Below are positions 35,403 through 43,300 of a DNA stretch of 64,000 nucleotides, piece after piece (position 1 is the first letter of the stretch; every line of letters begins with the position of its first letter). The position numbers were made by a program, and so were the translations under genes. Origin of the DNA: a virus. The notes below the pieces were generated by a model. That model saw only the letters and a program-made list of their open reading frames with translations, was not told the origin of the DNA and ran no database searches. The stretch is taken from IMG/VR virus record IMGVR_UViG_3300029258_004290, positions 1 through 64,000 of that record. One strand, written 5' to 3'.

Positions 35403-36449
35403 ATGCTGCCTTCGACAACGACACTGACCGCGAAGCAGCAGGACCGCCTCGACCGCATGTGCCCCGCCGGGCACAACGCGGCGATCGGGACGGTCGTGCG
35501 CGGCGTCCAGACGGACATCGCAGACCTGCTGGGCTCGGCCTACGGGCCGGGGCTCACGCTCTACGTCGACGGGAAGTACGGGTCCGACGACGTCACCGTC
35601 GCCGCCCCGAACCGCTACCCCGCGAGCGCCGTCAACCACGGCACCACGTGGGCCACGGCGTTCAAGACCATCCAGGCCGCCCTGACGGTCGCGAGGGGCG
35701 CGGGCACGGGCTCCAACCCGGCGCTCGACAGCAACTACGACCAGGACCACCACGTCACGGTCGTGGTCGCGCCCGGCAACTACGCCGAGAACCTCATCAT
35801 GGTCGGCGCGGGCATCCGCCTGGTCGGCATCGGGGTCCCCGGCACGGACCGCGGCGTGAGCGTCACGCCCCCGGACATGAGCGGGAGCTACCCCGGGTCG
35901 ATGATCGTCCAGGGGTCCGGGCTCGAGATCGGGAACATCCTGCTCGTCAACAACTTCGCCTACCCGACCATGTGGTTCGACAAGATGCACTCCAGCTGGG
36001 TGCACGACGTCGTCTTCTACGGGGACGGGGACGCGACGAAGGCGTTCACCACGAACGGGATGAAGAACTCGATCCTGGAGCACTGCCGGATCAGCGAGTT
36101 CTCGGCGGCCGGCATCGAGGTCAATTACGACGCCAGTTCGCCCGACTACCTGATCGGGTCCCAGATCCGCCACAACCGGATCGGCCAGGGCTCGGGGACG
36201 GGCATCCTGGTCGACGTCAACCTCGTCGCCTACGACAGCTCGATCTACGACAACACGGTCATCGGGGCCCTGACGCTTGGGATCGACAACAACGCCACCG
36301 GCCCGATCGCGATCCACGACAACTTCGCCTGTATCGTCGACAACACGGCGCCGATCGAGAGCGCCTCGACCATCGGCGGGATGCACCGGAACGCGGTCGT
36401 CTACAACGCCAACGGGACGCGGACGTTCCCGTTCCCGGCGAACGCGTAG
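35403..36449 (+). CDS. putative head fibre/decoration protein with right-handed beta-helix (pectin lyase-like)
   Basis: AAGGAG SD; LYVDGKYGSD...AFKTIQAAL...VAPGNYAE, then IxxNxI beta-helix rungs. Confidence 0.65.
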   Translation: MLPSTTTLTAKQQDRLDRMCPAGHNAAIGTVVRGVQTDIADLLGSAYGPGLTLYVDGKYGSDDVTVAAPNRYPASAVNHGTTWATAFKTIQAALTVARGAGTGSNPALDSNYDQDHHVTVVVAPGNYAENLIMVGAGIRLVGIGVPGTDRGVSVTPPDMSGSYPGSMIVQGSGLEIGNILLVNNFAYPTMWFDKMHSSWVHDVVFYGDGDATKAFTTNGMKNSILEHCRISEFSAAGIEVNYDASSPDYLIGSQIRHNRIGQGSGTGILVDVNLVAYDSSIYDNTVIGALTLGIDNNATGPIAIHDNFACIVDNTAPIESASTIGGMHRNAVVYNANGTRTFPFPANA

Positions 36450-36484
36450 GCGCGCCGGAAGCCCGAGGAAAGGAGAACAGGACA

Positions 36485-36664
36485 GTGAAGACGGAAAAGG
36501 TCCACGACGAGAAGACGGCCGCGGAGGTCGCCGCCGGATTCCGCAAGAGCGGCGTCGGCATGGCCCCCGAGCAGGCCGGGAAGATGTTCCCGCCCCCCTC
36601 CGAGGAGGCGCAGGCCGCGGCGAAGCCCGAGGCCGCGAAGAAGAAGGCCGGCGGGAAGAAGTAG
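36485..36664 (+). CDS. small hypothetical protein
   Basis: AAGGAG SD; contains an FRKS site. Confidence 0.5.
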   Translation: MKTEKVHDEKTAAEVAAGFRKSGVGMAPEQAGKMFPPPSEEAQAAAKPEAAKKKAGGKK

Positions 36665-36873
36665 CACAGCCTTCGGCGCCCCCTTGGGGGGATTGACCGG
36701 GGGGTAGGCATCTAGCACTGCCTCCGGGGCCCGTCCGCGGGCCCCCCTCGCCGCCGCCTCCCCGCGCCCGCCTAGGCCACGGGGACCCGGAACCCGCCGG
36801 ATCGCGGGCCGGGATGCGGGGGGCGGCGAGGAAGACCCGCGGGCCGACAGAACAAAGGAGAGAAGGGGAGAGC

Positions 36874-38502
36874 ATGGCGACCAAGAGCCTGAAGGACATA
36901 GGGAGCCCCGGCAAGCTGCTCGCGCAGCTGACCACCGGCGGCTTCGTCCCGTTCGCGGAGGGCGTGCGCCGGCGCGTGATGCGCGTCAGCTTCGCCGTCC
37001 TCGAGCGGATGGCCGACCGCAACCCGATCGCGAACGCGATCGTCAACAAGCGGTGCCAGCAGGTGCGGCCGTTCTGCCGCGTCTCGACCGACCCCGCGGA
37101 GAGGGGCTTCTCCATCCAGCCGAAGTCCGGCCTCACGCCGAAGATGAAGGAGGGGAAGAAGCCGCGGCGCATCGTCGAGCTCGAGGACTTCGTGATGAAC
37201 ACGGGGTTCGCCTACGAGCCCGACAGGGAGGACGACTTCCCGGACTTCGCGCAGATGCTGGTCCGCGACGTCCTCACCTTCGACCAGAACGCGACGGAGC
37301 TGCGCAGGACGAACGCCGGCAAGGTCTTCGACTACTGGTACATCGACCCGACGACCATCGCCCGCGCCGTCCCGATCGGGGGCGGCCAGGTGCACCACCC
37401 CTCGCCCGCGCCGGTCGGCGGGAAGGGCGCGGCATCGGCCACGCTCCGCTCCTGGATGGAGAGGGCGCGGGGCCCCAAGGGCCGGGACGTGCGCTTCGTG
37501 CAGCGCGAGCTGCAGAACAACCGGACGAAGATCACCGCGACGTTCACCGCGGAGAACATGATCTTCGACTACATGTACAAGAGGAGCCGGCAGCAGTACC
37601 GGGGCTACGGCTACTCGCCGCTCGAGCAGTGCATCGACACGGTGACCACGCTCCTGTTCGGACTCACCTACAACAAGGACCTCTTCATACGCGAGCGCCT
37701 GCCCAAGGGCTTCCTCAAGGTCATGGGCGACGTCGACGCGGCGACGCTCCGGGCGGTGAAGAACGCCTGGGTCGCGGAGATGACCGGCTACGGGGCGAAG
37801 TTCCGCGTGCCGATCATCCCCTCCGGCAAGGAGGGCGTCGGGATCGACTGGCAGGCGCTCGGCCAGTCCAACCGCGACATGGAGTACACCAAGCTCCTCC
37901 ACCTCATCATTTCCATCATGTGCGCCGTCTTCACCATCGACCCGATTGAGATCGGGATCAAGACGGACCTCGCGCCCCAGGGCCTCGGGCACTCCGGCAC
38001 TAAGCCGAAGATCGAGGAGAGCAAGGACACCGGGCTCGGCGCGCTCCTCATGTACATCGAGACCTACATGAACAAGATCCTCCACAAGGTGGACGAGGAC
38101 GTCGTCTTCAAGTTCACCGGCGTGAAGGAAGGGGACGCCAAGAAGAAGGCGGAGCTGCGGGAGATGCAGATCAAGCAGAGCCGGAGCGTCGACGACTTCC
38201 GCCGAGCCGACGGCCTCGAGCCCTACGAGGAGCTGTGGAGCAGCATCCCGCTGCGGCCCGAGATCGTGCAGCTGGTCCAGGCCGAGAAGCAGGAGCAGCA
38301 GATGGCCGCGATGGGCGGCGGGGCGCAGCCCGGCGGCGGGGAGGAACCCGCGGACGAGGGCGGGGACGGCGGCGAGGGCGGCCGGTTCTCCTGGGAGGTC
38401 GGCGAGGGGGACGCCGAGCTCGAGGGCGGGGCCGCGGAGAAGTCGCTAGCCTCCCTCGAGGACGCGCTCTTCAAGGGCGGGCCGTTGGAGGTCGTCATCT
38501 GA
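36874..38502 (+). CDS. portal protein
   Basis: AIVNKRCQQV, RDVLTFDQ, IDPTTI, GYGYSPLE, PKGFL, NRDMEY, IDPIEIG (HK97/SPO1-like portal). Confidence 0.9.
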   Translation: MATKSLKDIGSPGKLLAQLTTGGFVPFAEGVRRRVMRVSFAVLERMADRNPIANAIVNKRCQQVRPFCRVSTDPAERGFSIQPKSGLTPKMKEGKKPRRIVELEDFVMNTGFAYEPDREDDFPDFAQMLVRDVLTFDQNATELRRTNAGKVFDYWYIDPTTIARAVPIGGGQVHHPSPAPVGGKGAASATLRSWMERARGPKGRDVRFVQRELQNNRTKITATFTAENMIFDYMYKRSRQQYRGYGYSPLEQCIDTVTTLLFGLTYNKDLFIRERLPKGFLKVMGDVDAATLRAVKNAWVAEMTGYGAKFRVPIIPSGKEGVGIDWQALGQSNRDMEYTKLLHLIISIMCAVFTIDPIEIGIKTDLAPQGLGHSGTKPKIEESKDTGLGALLMYIETYMNKILHKVDEDVVFKFTGVKEGDAKKKAELREMQIKQSRSVDDFRRADGLEPYEELWSSIPLRPEIVQLVQAEKQEQQMAAMGGGAQPGGGEEPADEGGDGGEGGRFSWEVGEGDAELEGGAAEKSLASLEDALFKGGPLEVVI

Positions 38503-38503
38503 C

Positions 38504-40333
38504 ATGAGGCCCCTGACCCTCATACCCAGGCCGCGCAGCGCCCTGAGGAAGGCGTTCGGCAAGCAGGCCGACCCCGACTTCACGGTCAAGCGCTTCTCCG
38601 ACGGCAACTATCACATGAAGGTCCCCGGCAAGGGGTGGATGAAGCTCGGCAAGGACCGCGCGCGGGCGGAGGAGTTCGCCAGGAAGCGCAGGGCAGGCGG
38701 CGGCGAGAAGCCGCAGGCCAAGGTCGGCCAGACCGTCCGCATCAGGGGGAGCGGCCGCGGGTCGCTCGGCCGGGGCGTCGTGGGGAAGATCAAGGAGATA
38801 GGCCAGGGGTTCGTGCGCGTGGCGGACGAGGCGGGGCGCGTGTTCCGCGTCAAGACGCCCGCGCTCGCCCTGGCCAAGGCCGCGCCGCCCCCCGAGCCCG
38901 GGCCGTCGGGCCCCCTCGCGCTGTACAAGGCGCGGCCCGGGCTGGTGCGCCAGGCGCGCCTGGCCGCGCGGGGCGGCCGGACGTTCCGGACCCACGTGTG
39001 GGTGAGGCCCGGCGATCGCCCGGCCGCGGCGGGGGGCTCCCGCGCCGCCGCCGTCAAGGAGTGGCTGAAGAGCCGCTCCTCCCTCGAGGTCGAGACGCTG
39101 TCGCCGGCCGAGGCGGCGTCGGTCCTCAACTCCCTCGGGACGGACCCGGACCGCCTGCACGCGGCCAGGGAGCCGGCGAACGCCGCGCACGCCGTCGGCA
39201 GGATCGCCGCGTCCGCCCTCGTCCGCCGGGCCGCGGGGCAGGACCTCTCCGCATTCCGCTCCCGCCTCGAGGACCTCGAGAGGGCCACCGGCGACGCGGT
39301 GTGGAACATGGACATCCGCGAGGAGGCGACCCTCTACGACCCCTCCTCCTCCGAGGAGGACGTGGCCTACGCCATGATGGGCGCCTGGGGCAGCTCCACC
39401 AACAAGGTGGCGGCAGTGATGCTGCAGGAGGCCGCGGCGGAAGAGTTGCTGGGGGTAACCAAGTTCCGCGTCTGGCAACGGCACAACATGCCGGCGGTCA
39501 GGGACGAGGAGGCCAGGAGGCTGGAGGCCGAGGTAGTCCGCGCGCAGAAGGCCTGGCAGGTGACGCCCGCCAACACCCCCGAGTCTGCGGCGGCCTTCGA
39601 CGAGCTGGACGGGCGGAGGGCGGCGCTGCACCGCCATCAAGACGCGGCACGGGCCAGCGGCACGAGGGCCTACGTGCCCCCGGAGGTGTTCGCCAGGGCG
39701 CGCCGCGCCGTCCGCGCCATGTGGGGGCGGACCCAGGAGGAGCTCCGCACGAGGCCCCCGTGGTCCCTCGAGGCCCAGGGAAGGGAGCGGGCGTGGCGCG
39801 TGGCCTGCAACACGGCGGCGATCCGGCTGCAGGACGTCCCGGGGTCCGCCGACGTGCTGGCGCGAATGGCGACGGCCGGCTCCAACGCGGCCGCCACGAT
39901 GCGGGACTACTTCGGGGAGGTACCGGCCGACTGGTCCTCCCCGTCGGCGGAGGCCCCACGGCGGGTGCTGGCGGAGGCGCATTCGCTCATGGCCGGCGCC
40001 GTGGAGGAGGGGCGCGACCCGTTCGACGAGGAGACGTTCCGCCGGTGCGCGGCAGCCGTGGCGGAGGAGCTGACGCGGAAGCGGCCGTTGCTGCTGTATC
40101 GGGGCGTGACGCAGGACACCGTCGCCGGCAACGTCGTGGAGAGCTGGTCCACGTCGCGGAGCGTCGCCCGGCAGTTCGACGGCTACGACATCCTCGAGGA
40201 CGCCGGCGTGCCGTACGGCCGGATCCTCGCGTTCTGGGGGTCCGACAGCAAGCTGGCCAGGAACAACCTGCACCACGGGGAGAAGGAGTTCCTGCTGCTG
40301 TTTGACGACCCGGGAGAGGGCGGCCGGCCGTGA
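38504..40333 (+). CDS. tagged polyvalent head protein G with C-terminal ADP-ribosyltransferase-like domain
   Basis: LRKA plus type-2 tag; KOW/SH3-like segment; LYKA plus type-1 tag; LYRG...ESWSTS...EKE. Confidence 0.72.
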   Translation: MRPLTLIPRPRSALRKAFGKQADPDFTVKRFSDGNYHMKVPGKGWMKLGKDRARAEEFARKRRAGGGEKPQAKVGQTVRIRGSGRGSLGRGVVGKIKEIGQGFVRVADEAGRVFRVKTPALALAKAAPPPEPGPSGPLALYKARPGLVRQARLAARGGRTFRTHVWVRPGDRPAAAGGSRAAAVKEWLKSRSSLEVETLSPAEAASVLNSLGTDPDRLHAAREPANAAHAVGRIAASALVRRAAGQDLSAFRSRLEDLERATGDAVWNMDIREEATLYDPSSSEEDVAYAMMGAWGSSTNKVAAVMLQEAAAEELLGVTKFRVWQRHNMPAVRDEEARRLEAEVVRAQKAWQVTPANTPESAAAFDELDGRRAALHRHQDAARASGTRAYVPPEVFARARRAVRAMWGRTQEELRTRPPWSLEAQGRERAWRVACNTAAIRLQDVPGSADVLARMATAGSNAAATMRDYFGEVPADWSSPSAEAPRRVLAEAHSLMAGAVEEGRDPFDEETFRRCAAAVAEELTRKRPLLLYRGVTQDTVAGNVVESWSTSRSVARQFDGYDILEDAGVPYGRILAFWGSDSKLARNNLHHGEKEFLLLFDDPGEGGRP

Positions 40334-43300
40334 AGCGCCGCGCGCTCCGGGGCCTCGGCGGCCGGCGGGTGGAGGTCCTGACGCCCGAGACCGAGGCCGA
40401 CGCGGCCCGCCTCGCCTCCGCGGCGGCGGCGGGGGAGGCCGACGGCCGCGCCTCGTTCGGCGACGGGCGCCCCCTGCGCAAGGCCCGCCGCGGGATGGTG
40501 CTGGGTAGGCGCGGCCGCCTGGTCCCCGAGAAGCGGACCGTCACCCGCGGCGGCAGGACGTTCCAGCAGACGGTGTGGGTCCGGCCGGGCGAGAGGCCGA
40601 AGGCGCCGGCAACGGCGGCCGCGGTGGCAAGGGCGATCGAGCCCGTCGTGGCCGAGGTGAAGCGCATGGCCCCGAAGTGGCTGGCCTTCCGGCAGCAGGG
40701 AGAGCCCGCCTGGGGCGGCAAGCGGAAGAAGGAGACGGCCGCGGGCCTCGCCAGGTCCGCGATGCACGACTGGGACATCGGCAAGCAGGTGACGGCGATC
40801 CTCCGGAAAAGACCGAGGCTGGCGGCGGCGTTCTTCAACGACATGGAGGGCGTCAACCGCGAGCTGAAGAGGCAGACCGGGCTCGCGATGGACTACGCCC
40901 GCTTCGGCGAGATTGACCTGCTGGACACGATGAAGGCGGCGGCCGCCTCCGGTGAGAGCCTCGCCGGGTTCCGCGCGCAGGCGAAGGGGCTCGGCGAGAG
41001 GTACGACAAGGGCCGGATCATCGACAACCCGCGCTACGACCGCGGGCTGCGGTGGGTCGCCACCATGCACGACCCGACCTCGACGACCGAGGAGATCCAG
41101 CACGCGATGCTCGCGCAGTGGGAGCGTGGCGGCCTCGGGGCGAACGCGGTCACGCACCAGATCGTGCAGAGCGCGTTCGCCGGCAAGCCGGTCCGGGACG
41201 CGGGCATCCCCGACGTTATGGTGGAGAAGGCGAAGCACGCTGTCCTCGACCTGTATCGCCGGACCCAGGACGCGCTGCGCGCCAGGGGCGAGAAGAAGAT
41301 CCGCCTCTATCGCGGCGTACAGACGATGGCGGGCGGCAACATCCTCGAGAGCTGGACCCCGGACGAGGAGATGGCCACGTTCTTCGCCAACATCGGCAAG
41401 TTCAAGGGCAAGGTCCGGCGCGGGAACATCCCGGCCGCGCGCGTCCTGGCGACGTACGACACGCCGCCGGGCGAGGGCATCCTCCGCGACAATGAGCAGG
41501 AGTACATGGTCCTGACCAAGCGGCCCGACGCGTTCGGCAAGAGCATGGCGTGGATCCTGGAAAAGGCTCGAGCCGGCCTGGTGCAGCGCGAGGTCCAGGT
41601 CAAGGGGCGGCGCAGGTTCTACTTCGCGAAGCGCTGGGTGAAGGTCGGGCCGGAAGAGGACGACCTGGAGCCGATGGCGCTCTCCACCATGCCGAAGCCG
41701 GTCGGCTACATCACGCCGTCGGGGAACGTCCGCCGGCTGAGCAAGGCGGGCAGGTACGGCTGGGGCAAGGCGTCGAGGGCGCAGCTCGAGCGCTGGCGCG
41801 ACGTCATCACCGGGAAGGCTGCGCCGGAGACCGAGGCGGAGCGGCTCGGCCGCCGGGAGTACGAGGCCGGCGAGTACGGCGGCACGCCGCCGGGGTACGA
41901 GCACAAGCATGGCAAGATGCCAGACGGGAGCCCGCCGCCCGGGGACGGGAGCAGGGCTACGCCGGAGCGGATGCTCGCGGAGTGCCCGAAGATCGGCGAG
42001 GCGCTGCGGAACATGGCCGGGCCCTGGGACTACCTGGGGTCGCACGGCGACCAACGGATGTTCTTCGACGCGTACTCGGGAAAGGACGCCGTCCCGGTCG
42101 AATACCAGGACCGCTTCTGCCAGGACTACGAGTTCGCGTTCAAGACCTGGCGCGCCGCGGCCCCTGACGGGAGCCCGCGAAGGGGGATCCCGACGCCGCA
42201 CGAGCTCGTCTCCAAGCTGCCCGGGGTCAAGGGCGTGCTCGGCCGGCTGAAGGGCGCGCAGGTGAAGAAGGCGGCGAAATGGCTGTGGGACCACCTGGCG
42301 TCGGTCGCGTGGGGCAGCTTCGTCAAGGGCGTGAAGACCGTGACCGAGGCGCAGCGCGCCCAGGCCGACGCGTGGATCGCGGCCTTCAAGGACCCGGAGG
42401 GGATGGGCATCTCGTACGCCGGGGCCCGCGCGCTCGCCCTCTACTCCGACGCGTGCCACCGGGAGGCGGAGGCGCAGAGCTACACGAAGCAGCGGACGAA
42501 GCGCCTGGTCGCGGGGATGAAGAACGCGGAGGGCTACGACTTCGCCGGCAGGCAGATCACGCCGAAGGAGGCGAAGGGGATCGACGCCATGCTCGGCCGG
42601 ATAAGGGGCCTGGTGCCGAGCGCGAACCGCCTGGCCACGGCGTGGCAGCTGCGGGTCAACGTCATCGCGCTCGGGTCGATCAAGGGGCCGACGGGCCAGG
42701 GCGTCGCGGGCCAGTACTGGCCCGACCTCGGGCCGGAGGACGCCGCCGGCGAGCCGGAAACCTGGCGGAAGAGGGGCGTCAAGTCCCGCGAGCTGGACCT
42801 GGACTACAAGCACACCTACGCGGTCGCGCACGAGCTCATGCACTCGTGGGACGACGCGGCGAAGAAGGGCATCGCCGTTGACCCGGGCGCCGGCGCCCCG
42901 AAGGCCAGGGGCTCCATTGGCTGGAAGTTCCGCGAGCTGATGGGCGACGCCATGGTGGAGAACGGCACGCTCGCCCGGTGGTACCGCTTCGGCACGGACG
43001 CGGCCATACCGACGACCGCGAACGAGCGAGAGTACCGCGACGCGTCCGATAAGCTGGCCTACGCGGTCGGCGAGCCGGAGGCCTCGATCACCGCGCAGCT
43101 CGTGCGTTTCACCCACACGAAGCACGGAAGCCGCGTCAAGACCCTCGACGCCGTGAGCAAGGCGTTCCGGAAGGCTGCCACGGAGGCGGGCCTGACGGAG
43201 AGCGAGAGCGGCGTGTTCTGGAAGGACGTGCGTCACACGTGGGAGGCGCGGCGGTCGCCCTTCGCCCGGCTGGTCCGCACCAAGTACGGGACGCGCAAGG

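Noticed and set aside
35238-36873. tRNA genes in the structured spacers
   Set aside because: No T-loop GTTCRA or D-loop consensus in a cloverleaf arrangement was found
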